Below, piece after piece: positions 7,286-16,394 of a DNA stretch of 64,000 bases. The DNA lies in the IMG/VR virus record IMGVR_UViG_3300018080_000001, positions 1 through 64,000 of that record, one strand, 5' to 3'. The number at the start of each line of letters is the position of its first letter. Position 1 is the stretch's first letter. Both the position numbers and the translations under genes were made by a program. The notes under the pieces were generated by a model, which saw only the letters and a list, made by a program, of their open reading frames with translations, did no database searches and was not told the DNA's origin. Source of the DNA: a virus.

Positions 7286-7687
7286 TTAACTTTCTGCCGC
7301 CGCTAGTTCTAGCACGGACTCTATAGAAAAATAAAGAAGTGCACTAAATTTGTCCATAACCACATTTAATAAACCGCTATTATAATAAGTTTCTATAACA
7401 TCATTAGACAAACTTAAAAAATCTTGTGCCTCCGTATAAGACATATAAGATTGTTCCCATTCTTTCTTCCATAAACTCTCTATTTCAACTCTAACAAAAT
7501 TCCAAGCATCCAATATAGAAAACCAATAAATCCGTGTATGCTGTAAACCATTTATAATTGCGCTGTCATAAATAAATTTTAAAAAAACATTGCGGTCCAG
7601 AACCTTACGCCAAGAAGCATCCTTGTTATATAAGTCATCGCGCCAATCATTTACTAACTTGCTTACAGATTTACCCAGTTTCCTCAT
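7286..7687 (-). CDS. MKxxG-family protein with C-terminal extension
   Basis: MRKLGKSVSKLV...; tail MSYTEAQDFLSL resembles an HTH. Confidence 0.6.
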   Translation of the reverse strand: MRKLGKSVSKLVNDWRDDLYNKDASWRKVLDRNVFLKFIYDSAIINGLQHTRIYWFSILDAWNFVRVEIESLWKKEWEQSYMSYTEAQDFLSLSNDVIETYYNSGLLNVVMDKFSALLYFSIESVLELAAAES

Positions 7688-7689
7688 CC

Positions 7690-7956
7690 CTAAATGTATC
7701 CTTCGGCTCTGGCATCTTCCAACACGGTAGTAACTAACTCGGCGTTATCATATTTCTCCCTGAGATATAATATGATGTCTACTATGGGTACACCCTCATC
7801 CACTAAATTTAGCATGTCATCAAATATCTGGCTATATCCGTCTTCACCCATTTTAAAACCATCGTGGTTAAAAAACTCATCATTATTTATAATAAAAAAA
7901 TCTATTGAATTTTCAAGGTCATTTTCAAGGTTAATTTCTTGTTGCGATGTTTTCAT
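7690..7956 (-). CDS. Acidic hypothetical protein
   Basis: MKTSQQ start, acidic. Confidence 0.6.
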   Translation of the reverse strand: MKTSQQEINLENDLENSIDFFIINNDEFFNHDGFKMGEDGYSQIFDDMLNLVDEGVPIVDIILYLREKYDNAELVTTVLEDARAEGYI

Positions 7957-8020
7957 TTAATATTTCTCGACTCGATGTAATTTCAAGCTTGAATTAATTT
8001 TCAAGCCTATACCTTTAAAA

Positions 8021-8398
8021 TTAAAGGTTGTCATCTTCCGATAGCCGAATAACGAGTTCCTTATTCAAATACTCTGTATAGTCCTCAATAAATTCCCGTA
8101 GTTCGCTTATCTTAAGTTTATCAAAAATGAGATACTTTATTTCTTGTTTCTTTTCATGGACAAAATCTGTAGCCACGTAATTCTCATTCTGTAGATCTTT
8201 ATAATGGGCTGCTAACCTGTCCACAAACATTCGGGTATTGTCCTCCAACTGAGGAACAAATAAATTATCAATTATATCGTTTAGCAAATCTTTTAAATGA
8301 CTTTCTAAACCGAAGATAAAATTGTTAGTCAATTCTTGGGTAACGGAATCGAAGCCTTCGTCCTGAAAGGCTCTATATATTTCTTGGGCTGTAGTCAT
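8021..8398 (-). CDS. Acidic hypothetical protein
   Basis: MTTAQE start. Confidence 0.6.
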   Translation of the reverse strand: MTTAQEIYRAFQDEGFDSVTQELTNNFIFGLESHLKDLLNDIIDNLFVPQLEDNTRMFVDRLAAHYKDLQNENYVATDFVHEKKQEIKYLIFDKLKISELREFIEDYTEYLNKELVIRLSEDDNL

Positions 8399-8414
8399 AA
8401 ATACCGGATGCTCA

Positions 8415-8858
8415 TTATTTCAAACCAAAATATTCCATGGGCTCCATACCAGAACCTTGTGCATCTTCGTACTCACTCATAAAATTATCGGCCATGACTT
8501 GTGCAGCTTCTTGACGAACAGGAACTGGAAATAATTTATGCCAAGGTAGATCGTAACCCTCTAATTGCTGTGCCCACATTTTTGCACCGGCTTCAGCCAA
8601 GTACATCCATATCCTTGGGGCCAGAGATGCATCATAAGTACCCTTCGTTAGTTTACGTATCAAATTCTTTTGTATAGATTTCTTCTGTCCATATAGCTCA
8701 TAGGTATTGTCAATATAGAGTACAAGGTCTTCTGCATCCGGCATATCCTCGGCTTCTTCTTCCATCGTCATTTCAGGTTCCGTAAGTTCTTCTTCCTGCC
8801 CTTTTATAATTTTTGCAACTCTTTTTAGACCTGCATCTGATATTCCTTTGGCTTTCAT
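8415..8858 (-). CDS. Leader-bearing putative virion-internal protein
   Basis: MKAKGISDAGLKRVAKIIKGQ leader plus LVLYIDN...YDASLAPRIWMYLAEAGAK domain. Confidence 0.7.
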   Translation of the reverse strand: MKAKGISDAGLKRVAKIIKGQEEELTEPEMTMEEEAEDMPDAEDLVLYIDNTYELYGQKKSIQKNLIRKLTKGTYDASLAPRIWMYLAEAGAKMWAQQLEGYDLPWHKLFPVPVRQEAAQVMADNFMSEYEDAQGSGMEPMEYFGLK

Positions 8859-8918
8859 TGCTTTACACTCCCTCTACAGTTAGAATTTTAATTATTAACG
8901 TATTCTTCTTAAAAATTT

Positions 8919-9185
8919 TTATAAATTCCTTCTATCTATTTCTTCCCACTTACCATAAGAGCTGCCACCATGATACCAAGCTTTTGCATTGTCATCGAAC
9001 AATTTTATATCTTCCCAAGAAGATATCGGTACCTCATAGAGCTGATTATCTTCTATCCACGTCATTTTTAATCTCGGTTTACGATATGATACATCTTCTT
9101 CTTGCATGGTATCATCAGCTTCTTGAGCTTTTACAACGTTTGCAACCCGTTTTAAACCCTCATCCGATATTCCCCTGGCTTTCAT
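8919..9185 (-). CDS. Leader-bearing putative virion-internal protein
   Basis: MKARGISDEGLKRVANVVKAQ leader. Confidence 0.7.
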   Translation of the reverse strand: MKARGISDEGLKRVANVVKAQEADDTMQEEDVSYRKPRLKMTWIEDNQLYEVPISSWEDIKLFDDNAKAWYHGGSSYGKWEEIDRRNL

Positions 9186-9200
9186 TGCTCTACACTCCTG

Positions 9201-9473
9201 CTACAGTGAAAATGTCCTCAACATTGTATCATGGAAATAAGTTAGAAATTCTTCTTTGTGTGCATTCCAATTTTCTATCAACTCTTGACCCAAGCCACCG
9301 GAAGGCTCAATACCGTACTCGGTAAAAAAAGCAAAAAGCGCGTCGTCTAACATGCTCCCCAATTCCTGAGTACGATAAACCGCGTCTTTGTCCTGCACAG
9401 CGGCATCTCCTTGCGCGGTAATAATTTTAGCTAATTTTTCAATTCCTTCGGTGGATAAACCTTTGAGTTTCAT
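9201..9473 (-). CDS. Leader-bearing putative virion-internal protein
   Basis: MKLKGLSTEGIEKLAKIITAQ leader. Confidence 0.7.
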   Translation of the reverse strand: MKLKGLSTEGIEKLAKIITAQGDAAVQDKDAVYRTQELGSMLDDALFAFFTEYGIEPSGGLGQELIENWNAHKEEFLTYFHDTMLRTFSL

Positions 9474-9480
9474 TTTTCTC

Positions 9481-10311
9481 CTACTTTATATTTAGAACTC
9501 TAGTTCTTAACGAATTTTTCTTAAAAGCTTCGAGTGACACATTTTTCATTATATCATCATCGGATAATGATTCTCCAGTCAAAACACGAAATGCTAAGTC
9601 GTTTAATATATTAAGAAGATACAAAACGCTGTTTACATCTTTTTCTTTAATAGACGCCAGTAAATCCCTGGCTTCTATTTCTAAATCCTCCCACTCTTCA
9701 CCGGCTTGAAATTCTTGTGCTTTCCTAACTTTTATAAATTCCGGTAAAATATTCATCGCATTTCCCTGTTTGTTAACCTGTACTGCTTTCTCCTGCTCTT
9801 CTGCACTCTCGCGCGTAGGATGCCTTCCCAGCAGCTTCTTACCGTCATGGGTATACAAACCCCACAGCTGTTTATCCGCAGGCTTGTCAGGGTCCTTATC
9901 CTTCTCGTCAAGCTTCTTTATAACTGCTTGTCGACGGGCACTTACACCGCTCGTAGGCTGCACAGTAAATTGTCCAGAAAGTTCGTAATCCGGTATTGAC
10001 TTAATACCCGTAGGAATTTCGCCACCCATCTGCAAATCTTCCTTGGGCATCAACACCGTGTCGGGAGAAGCACTATCATTCTCTACCACTACATATTCAT
10101 TATCATAAGTATCGTAGATAGACTCACCGACTTGAACCTCTTGTGGATTAACCGATACATCAGTTTCATACAGAGCTTGCGCATACCTGGTGGCTAATTC
10201 CTCAAATACTGATAGATCCGACATCCTTACTCTCCTGGCAAGTTTTCTCCCGTTCCCCCCTGGTTTTGAAAATAACTCCATGAATTCCTCGTCATCGTTA
10301 TTATATACCAT
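9481..10311 (-). CDS. Modular putative virion-internal protein
   Basis: Acidic modules separated by RYAQ / RRQA / RKAQ. Confidence 0.65.
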   Translation of the reverse strand: MVYNNDDEEFMELFSKPGGNGRKLARRVRMSDLSVFEELATRYAQALYETDVSVNPQEVQVGESIYDTYDNEYVVVENDSASPDTVLMPKEDLQMGGEIPTGIKSIPDYELSGQFTVQPTSGVSARRQAVIKKLDEKDKDPDKPADKQLWGLYTHDGKKLLGRHPTRESAEEQEKAVQVNKQGNAMNILPEFIKVRKAQEFQAGEEWEDLEIEARDLLASIKEKDVNSVLYLLNILNDLAFRVLTGESLSDDDIMKNVSLEAFKKNSLRTRVLNIK

Positions 10312-10352
10312 AGGAGATCTTATCCTCTTTCTAGTAGGATGCCTAAAGATAA

Positions 10353-10508
10353 TCAGCGTAGTAAATCAACCAAGTTCTTTACATAAAAATAAATTTTGTG
10401 TAAAATAGAAGGCTCGAATTCCTTAATCTCAGGCAGCGCTTTATCATAGTCTCCATGAACCAAATAGTATAGATGCCTTGCACTCATTTCAATACGTTTT
10501 GTTTTCAT
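10353..10508 (-). CDS. Small hypothetical protein, 51 aa, not in ORF track
   Basis: MKTKRIEMSARHLYYLVHGDYDKALPEIKEF...; GAAGGGAG RBS, downstream of the promoter at 10540-10590. Confidence 0.55.
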   Translation of the reverse strand: MKTKRIEMSARHLYYLVHGDYDKALPEIKEFEPSILHKIYFYVKNLVDLLR

Positions 10509-10539
10509 AACCACATTCTCCCTTCCATCCAACCGCCTT

Positions 10540-10590
10540 ATATAAGGATAATCATTTTATTTTATCTGTCAATATATTAAGATAAACTTT
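10540..10590 (-). promoter_or_regulatory. Sigma70-type promoter with extended TATTGACAG -35 element
   Basis: aaagtttatcttaataTATTGACAG; same motif at about 14295, 17764, 48624, 48681, 60047, 61429. Confidence 0.7.
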
Positions 10591-10817
10591 TATATCTCAG
10601 ATGGCTTTCCATATTGCATATACGCATATATTTTATCACTGACCTTTACTTCAATTATAGAAGGACAACCATCGGTTTCCAAATCAAAAATCTTGGCGTA
10701 AACAATTTCCAAGTCTTTTATACTGCCGTGCATTTTCTCGTGTTTTATGGCAGCACCTTCCGTCCAAAAACCTCGGCCGCAACCCTTACATTTCCAACAT
10801 TTCGTTTCTATAGGCAT
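10590..10817 (-). CDS. Small C2H2-like zinc-finger protein
   Basis: CKGC...HEKMH. Confidence 0.6.
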   Translation of the reverse strand: MPIETKCWKCKGCGRGFWTEGAAIKHEKMHGSIKDLEIVYAKIFDLETDGCPSIIEVKVSDKIYAYMQYGKPSEI

Positions 10818-10996
10818 CTTGTATCCTCTTTTATTTTACGTTTTACTAAATTCCTAAGATCTATAAATAGATATTGTGGTTTTTCCATAGAAAAATAAAT
10901 ATAATTCCTTAAATTTTCCTGAACCTCTGTAGCAAGATAAGGATAATGTTCAAAAATAGCACCAAAAAACTTCTTTGACCTTCCCAAGATTTTCAT
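10808..10996 (-). CDS. MKxxG-family microprotein
   Basis: Starts MKILGR. Confidence 0.55.
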   Translation of the reverse strand: MKILGRSKKFFGAIFEHYPYLATEVQENLRNYIYFSMEKPQYLFIDLRNLVKRKIKEDTRCL

Positions 10997-11011
10997 GTTA
11001 AATACACCGTG

Positions 11012-11467
11012 TTAAACTCCACTGCACATCCCATAATAAATATCAACCCCATATTTAGTAGTTGTATAATCCCACCCACTATCTTCTATGGACTTGCCCT
11101 CTAATACAGTACTACAGTGCGTGGACATCATACGCATACTACAAGACCACCACGGATAACCAGGAATTTCTTGTTCCCACGTGTTCAACCATTTTACACA
11201 GAACTCGATACAAGTATCTAAATCAGTAAACTGTGATCTTAAATACGTATAAAAATCGGTATCCCAACTAATAGACGCAATAACAGGATACTTTATATTA
11301 AGTCTTAATAATTCTAAAAGATCCTCTAAATATTCCTCGTGCAGAGTATCTAGAATATTATAACTCAAGACACTTCTAATATCGCTCCCAACACTATCGT
11401 CGATATCCCGAGCATTAAAACATTTGGCTAAAAGTACTGTGGACTTATCTGAATTTAACTTTTTCAT
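11012..11467 (-). CDS. Hypothetical protein
   Basis: 151-aa ORF, translationally coupled. Confidence 0.6.
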   Translation of the reverse strand: MKKLNSDKSTVLLAKCFNARDIDDSVGSDIRSVLSYNILDTLHEEYLEDLLELLRLNIKYPVIASISWDTDFYTYLRSQFTDLDTCIEFCVKWLNTWEQEIPGYPWWSCSMRMMSTHCSTVLEGKSIEDSGWDYTTTKYGVDIYYGMCSGV

Positions 11468-11877
11468 TTTAAAAGTATATCCTTATCCAATAAACATCTT
11501 CGGTACTCCTCTAAAGAGAGTCCACTTTGTTCTCTTACAAAATTACGTACTGCTTTTTTCGTTATACTCCAAGTACCTGTTATTATATTCTGATGGCCTT
11601 TTAATCTTCTCTCACTTAAGTATCTTCTAACTGTTCTATCCGGAATATCCAGTATCTTGGCTACTTGCCCACTACTATAATATTCTTTCTCCTCACCTTT
11701 TAGCTCTAGTTCAAGTTTAGTGGCTCTTTTCTCTATATAATCAAGCTTCTTTAATAAGAATAAAGCCAAACACTTCCAACAATACCATTTGCCATCATAT
11801 ACTTGACCGGAAAATGCTTTGTACTTTTCTGAAGTAGTATTCTCGCACTTACAGCATCTAACTATTTGATCCACCAT
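11464..11877 (-). CDS. Zinc finger plus excisionase/MerR-like HTH DNA-binding protein
   Basis: CCKC...CWKC; YSSGQVAKILDIPDRTVRRYL. Confidence 0.7.
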   Translation of the reverse strand: MVDQIVRCCKCENTTSEKYKAFSGQVYDGKWYCWKCLALFLLKKLDYIEKRATKLELELKGEEKEYYSSGQVAKILDIPDRTVRRYLSERRLKGHQNIITGTWSITKKAVRNFVREQSGLSLEEYRRCLLDKDILLK

Positions 11878-12061
11878 ATAAATCCTCCAACAAAATACTT
11901 TTCAAAGAATTTTTTATCCCATTAGTATTACGCCACACAATATCATATACAAGATTCCCTATTTCGACTCGAATATGTCTTTCTACTTTATCCTGAAGAT
12001 TTAAAGAATGACATATATTAGTATCAACTTCATTATTAATCGTTTTTCCTATACATCTCAT
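11858..12061 (-). CDS. MKxxG-family microprotein
   Basis: Starts MRCIGK. Confidence 0.55.
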   Translation of the reverse strand: MRCIGKTINNEVDTNICHSLNLQDKVERHIRVEIGNLVYDIVWRNTNGIKNSLKSILLEDLYGGSNS

Positions 12062-12257
12062 GACGCACTTTCTCTATTTTATTTTTTAAACTATTATGCG
12101 CTAGTTCAAGAACTCTCTCGTTCTCCGATATTAATCTACTATTAGTATTAATAAGTTTTTCTTGTTTTTTTAAATATTCTTCTAAATTATTCAAACTTTT
12201 TTCTAATTTATCTATTTTTTTATTTATCTTATCAATCGCAGCAGCCTCAGTACTCAT
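12036..12257 (-). CDS. Coiled-coil hypothetical protein
   Basis: Heptad pattern. Confidence 0.55.
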   Translation of the reverse strand: MSTEAAAIDKINKKIDKLEKSLNNLEEYLKKQEKLINTNSRLISENERVLELAHNSLKNKIEKVRHEMYRKND

Positions 12258-12276
12258 TAGTTAATCCTTTGTCCAA

Positions 12277-12537
12277 CTACTTCATCTTACGTAATATACG
12301 TTCTAAGGTATCTGCCTGTCTTTTTTGTGATTGCTCTATACTCTCTAAACTCGATGCGATATTCAATTGATGTGTGTTATCGTACGTAGCTTGAGCTTCA
12401 GGAATTACGGAGCATCTGGTTATAAACAAAGATGCTAAGTACAGAACACAAATAAAAATCATGATCTTAAAAAATATATCCGTGTTTTTATATTTCTCTT
12501 GCATGCTAATCCTCCGTGTATCTTTTAGACAAAGCAT
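12277..12537 (-). CDS. Small membrane protein
   Basis: One hydrophobic segment followed by coiled coil. Confidence 0.55.
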   Translation of the reverse strand: MLCLKDTRRISMQEKYKNTDIFFKIMIFICVLYLASLFITRCSVIPEAQATYDNTHQLNIASSLESIEQSQKRQADTLERILRKMK

Positions 12538-12838
12538 TCCTCAATTCATCTACTATAGTCTTTCCCTGGGATTTTAAATAATCTTTACCGCTATAAGATT
12601 TCAGGTCCTGAGCTGGTATTAAAATTTGTGAGTAAAAAGAGTATCCACATCTTCGCAGAGTAGTACGTATAATAAAACCTTGCTGTTCATATAACGCACC
12701 AAAATCTCTTTTGTCTCTAAAATGAGATAATCTTTGAGTTATTTCTATAATAGCTTCGGGAAATACAGAAAGTACAGAGGCTATTATAGCACCTACATTA
12801 TTTGAAAAATCACTTAAAAGTTTATCTTCGTTTTCCAT
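12506..12838 (-). CDS. Hypothetical protein
   Basis: 110-aa ORF. Confidence 0.55.
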   Translation of the reverse strand: MENEDKLLSDFSNNVGAIIASVLSVFPEAIIEITQRLSHFRDKRDFGALYEQQGFIIRTTLRRCGYSFYSQILIPAQDLKSYSGKDYLKSQGKTIVDELRNALSKRYTED

Positions 12839-13010
12839 GTCAGTATCCTAATGTTTTTTACAAAAAACTTCTGTGCTTTTAATTAAAATCTAACACATTA
12901 TTGTATCTTATTTATCTCCGCTGTGGCACCAGCCTCTAGTAGTTTATCTATAGTTCTTTTTAGCCTTTTTAATTTATCTACTGCTTCCATTTTACTCTTG
13001 CTCCTTTGTG

Positions 13011-13193
13011 CTAGCCATTACCGAGTAATCTATTCATTAAATCATGCCATTTTTGAGCACGAGCATAATGACGTTCTGCCAAATCTTTATCATTACGTTC
13101 CATAGCTCGATTGCCATAATACAGCCAGCGGGTAGCCATTAGTTCAGCTTCTCGAAGTTGTTTACATTTCTTTGATGGTGATTTCATTTTCAT
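13011..13193 (-). CDS. Hypothetical protein
   Basis: 60-aa ORF. Confidence 0.5.
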   Translation of the reverse strand: MKMKSPSKKCKQLREAELMATRWLYYGNRAMERNDKDLAERHYARAQKWHDLMNRLLGNG

Positions 13194-13401
13194 TTAACCA
13201 CTCGCTTGCGTTTATGTATTTATTTGGTAAACAGTGAGTTAAATGGTCATCTATATACCAATGCTGACAATGATAACAGTATACCATTTCATAGCCTTCT
13301 AAAATTTCATCCGCATATAGCGCGGCGCATTTTTGGGAACAGAAAAAACTATTTTTTCGAGCCTTTTTACCTTGGCAATAATAGCATTTTGGTTTTTCCA
13401 T
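13162..13401 (-). CDS. Small zinc-finger protein
   Basis: CYYC...FCSQKC, CYHC. Confidence 0.6.
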   Translation of the reverse strand: MEKPKCYYCQGKKARKNSFFCSQKCAALYADEILEGYEMVYCYHCQHWYIDDHLTHCLPNKYINASEWLNENEITIKEM

Positions 13402-13419
13402 TTTACTCTTGCTCCTTGT

Positions 13420-13737
13420 TTATAGCCCAAGATCTTTTTTCTTTTCTTCATACTCGTCTTTGGTGAACTGGACGTTTAGGATCATGTATTTCTTATTTTT
13501 TTGATTGGCACAAAATAAACAGTCATCACAGTGGGAGCACTCATAGCAGTATAGCAGGTTAAATCCGTAGGCACAGTGAAAGCATTTAAAGCATTTCAGG
13601 CTAAAGCAGTTAAAGCAATTAGAGAAATAAGAGCATCGAGAACATCGAGAGCGGGTGGAATCTGCACTAGAAGTTAGCTGTCTAAACTTCGTTTGTAAGT
13701 CCGATAGACTACTTGCTAAAATTGCTTTTTTATTCAT
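13420..13737 (-). CDS. Cys-rich CxxC-repeat protein
   Basis: Many CxxC units ending KYMILNVQFTKDEYEEK. Confidence 0.65.
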   Translation of the reverse strand: MNKKAILASSLSDLQTKFRQLTSSADSTRSRCSRCSYFSNCFNCFSLKCFKCFHCAYGFNLLYCYECSHCDDCLFCANQKNKKYMILNVQFTKDEYEEKKKDLGL

Positions 13738-13993
13738 TTGTCTTTTGCTCCTTGTTTATACCAAAAACTTCATCCATACGTTTTTGCGTTTTTGGATCTG
13801 AGCTTTTATAGTACTCTTCAAAACAATTCTCGCAGACCGGCATCCCGTATGGGGATGGATCTAGATCGTAGCCTTCATCCTCCAAGAAAATAGTGCCACA
13901 TCCACAACGCATTTTTCCGGGTGGTAGACCTTCAGTCATTTCATAATATCGACATTCTGCCGCATCTTCTAAACTCTCTAGAAAGTCTTTCAT
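13730..13993 (-). CDS. Small zinc-binding protein
   Basis: CGCG...CENC. Confidence 0.6.
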   Translation of the reverse strand: MKDFLESLEDAAECRYYEMTEGLPPGKMRCGCGTIFLEDEGYDLDPSPYGMPVCENCFEEYYKSSDPKTQKRMDEVFGINKEQKTNE

Positions 13994-14022
13994 TTTACTC
14001 TTGCTCCTTGTTTTTGCCTTGT

Positions 14023-14226
14023 TTATAGAAGCTCATAAATAGCATCAGCAACAGGTCTCCATAAAGTAGGAGTAATTACGCCTTGCTCTTGTTTAAGCAG
14101 ACGTTTTGCAGCTTTACGAGCACAGGCCCAATCAATATTGACTACTGATGATGAATAGTTTTTAGTCTCTTTAAATTGTTTCGCTAATTCTAAACCGGCA
14201 TTAACTGTTTGACTGAAAGTTCTCAT
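14023..14226 (-). CDS. Hypothetical early protein
   Basis: ATG at 14226 (MRTFSQ) follows AAGGAG. Confidence 0.6.
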   Translation of the reverse strand: MRTFSQTVNAGLELAKQFKETKNYSSSVVNIDWACARKAAKRLLKQEQGVITPTLWRPVADAIYELL

Positions 14227-14265
14227 TGTCCTCGCTCCTTGTTTTTTGCCGCTACCCGCTAGCGA

Positions 14266-14332
14266 CAATTATAAGGTAACGCAGATTTCTGTATCTGTCA
14301 ATATACTGAGATAACTTTTTTTATTTTTTTAT
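14266..14332 (-). promoter_or_regulatory. Sigma70-type promoter with A-tract UP element
   Basis: aaaaaaagttatctcagtaTATTGACAG...ttaccttataat. Confidence 0.75.
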
Positions 14333-14338
14333 TAGAAA

Positions 14339-15082
14339 CTAGATTTCTTCGGAAGTAGCGCCTAATTTACGAGCTAGCCGGGTAATCTTTGCATCGTACT
14401 TATCAGACCTTGGATGCTTTAAACCCTTACCCGGCCAGAGTCTCCAAGATCTCTTGGCCAATTCTGGAATTGTATTATTTTTGTAGAAATGCATAGATCT
14501 ACGATACATCTCTTTAACGCCGATATCCAACCCGGGATTTAAAGTCAGCATATCTTCAAGAGGTCCCTTCCACACTCTTTTCCAGAGCACCTGAAGGCCC
14601 CCAGCATCCACCCAGTTCCATTCTTTTTTCCACTCCTTAGTGCGCACTAGCCTTAAAATATCTTCCCGAGAATGGGAAATCCAAGTGCGTTTACGTGGTT
14701 TCAATAGACCTTTGTCATAGGCCCAAAATCTAGTATGTTTCCCAATCGCACATCTATCAAAAGATGATTCATTGGCCGCAGTTCCTGCAACGCCCCAAAC
14801 ATTTAGACGCCAACCATTTAAATTTTCATGCTTGTCAATAGATTCAATCAGACTGTCTGTCCACGCATATGCCACTTCTTTAACTTCTTCCTGCTTATAG
14901 CGCTTTCCACATTCATTCCAAACGACGACAGACCCTTTTGTCTTCCAACGAATAATACCTTGTGCAAGTCGTTGTCTTACCGATACATTGTCTATATCTT
15001 TTACTTCAGACGCACGGACTACCACGCCAGCAGCCAGTAAAACCAACAGGGTTAATACCATTAGAGTCACAGGCACTCTCAT
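14339..15082 (-). CDS. Secreted lytic transglycosylase (SLT-like) protein
   Basis: N-terminal signal peptide; TAANESSFD catalytic ES motif; GGLQV equivalent of GLMQ. Confidence 0.65.
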   Translation of the reverse strand: MRVPVTLMVLTLLVLLAAGVVVRASEVKDIDNVSVRQRLAQGIIRWKTKGSVVVWNECGKRYKQEEVKEVAYAWTDSLIESIDKHENLNGWRLNVWGVAGTAANESSFDRCAIGKHTRFWAYDKGLLKPRKRTWISHSREDILRLVRTKEWKKEWNWVDAGGLQVLWKRVWKGPLEDMLTLNPGLDIGVKEMYRRSMHFYKNNTIPELAKRSWRLWPGKGLKHPRSDKYDAKITRLARKLGATSEEI

Positions 15083-15190
15083 ACAGACCTCCTTCGTTGT
15101 AGGTTAAAATTTTGAATTTTCATAATAGAACCTCCTAATATAGTTCGTAGTATTTAAAGATCATATCAAAAATTTGTTGGAATTTTAAAC

Positions 15191-15475
15191 TTACTTGACA
15201 GCAACTAAATTACGGGACTTAATTTCTTTATAACGGCATTCCGAACAAAGATCATCCAAATCATGTACGGGATCAAATTTATCCCCGCATTTACAACAGT
15301 CGGCGCCCATATCGGTTTCCCACTTTATATTGACAACGCTATCTTCATATCTAGTATCATTACAATGTAAATCAGAGTGACCTTTTTGTAAAGTACACCT
15401 TACAGTACGTACACTTTCCTCAAAATCATCTGTTAAATACAATCTTGCATCACAGATTTTACCAGAATTTTCCAT
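15191..15475 (-). CDS. Cys-rich hypothetical protein
   Basis: CCKC...CSEC. Confidence 0.55.
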   Translation of the reverse strand: MENSGKICDARLYLTDDFEESVRTVRCTLQKGHSDLHCNDTRYEDSVVNIKWETDMGADCCKCGDKFDPVHDLDDLCSECRYKEIKSRNLVAVK

Positions 15476-15581
15476 TTTTATTTTCTACCTTTTTTAATTC
15501 CCGGAAAAATATTTGCCGGAACTTTTTAATTTTGATCAAAGTTTCAATACTCTTCTTCCTTCTTTTCATAATATACCTCCT

Positions 15582-16190
15582 TCAGCAGTCCAACATTTTG
15601 TATTTTCTGAGCAAAATATTTACTACATTATCCCATTCATTACTATAACAATCAGTATGTTTCATAAAATCAGACAAATTATACCAGTCTCTTCCATTAT
15701 TTTCTTCTTTTGAACACGGATAAACTTCTTCATCTTTATTTATCCGATCATCTTTGATAAGTGCTCTACAAATAGCAACCTCGTATTTAGGCATTCCGCC
15801 CGACATACAATCATAATAAGCATATGCCACATAATCACGCAAAATAGCAGAAGGATCTTTATCCATCAGTTCCTTCTTAAAACTTGCGTATTGCTTTATC
15901 CTAAAAAAAGCGTCCAAAAATAAAGTAAGTTCCGGAACATCTTCATCCAGTTTATCACCGAAATAATCAGTCTTAAGACCTTCTTCCAATTCAGAAGTCA
16001 AAACAGATCGAGAAAGAACAAGAGTGGGGCTAGCTAAAAATAAATCTTTTGGTCTTTGCATGTCCTTAGCATCTTCGTGCTGTACTTCGCTCTTAGTATA
16101 AAGAATACTCTCCATATTATTTATCATATGAGACCATTCAATAATAGTCCTCCAAATCCCTGTTTCTTCTATTTTATTTAATTTGTTCAT
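15582..16190 (-). CDS. Hypothetical protein
   Basis: 202-aa ORF. Confidence 0.65.
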   Translation of the reverse strand: MNKLNKIEETGIWRTIIEWSHMINNMESILYTKSEVQHEDAKDMQRPKDLFLASPTLVLSRSVLTSELEEGLKTDYFGDKLDEDVPELTLFLDAFFRIKQYASFKKELMDKDPSAILRDYVAYAYYDCMSGGMPKYEVAICRALIKDDRINKDEEVYPCSKEENNGRDWYNLSDFMKHTDCYSNEWDNVVNILLRKYKMLDC

Positions 16191-16199
16191 TTTAAAGCC

Positions 16200-16394
16200 T
16201 CACAAATTTTCTCGTATTGTATAAAATATAATCCAACAAATTCTTAGTTTTATTATCGGTGTAACAACATTTAAAACACTATCGTTAAGAAAAAAATATA
16301 ATGATCTAGTAATATCAATTTTCAAATTAAATGGACTGAGATTGAAGCCCTCATAAAAAGAAAAATCTCTTAATTCTTTTCCCAAAGATTTCAT
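16200..16394 (-). CDS. MKxxG-family microprotein
   Basis: ATG at 16394 gives MKSLGK. Confidence 0.55.
   Translation of the reverse strand: MKSLGKELRDFSFYEGFNLSPFNLKIDITRSLYFFLNDSVLNVVTPIIKLRICWIIFYTIRENL

Larger units (their letters stand above)
12988..14250 (-). repeat. Second gene-junction repeat (TATAAACAAGGAGCAAGAGTAAAATG), five copies
   Basis: Copies at 12988-13006, 13399-13424, 13735-13760, 13991-14027, 14224-14250; each ends in the ATG of the next gene. Confidence 0.85.

Noticed and set aside
8415-9473. RiPP precursor peptides (shared leader plus variable core)
   Set aside because: Cores are long acidic folded-looking domains; no modifying enzymes or peptidase-transporter nearby
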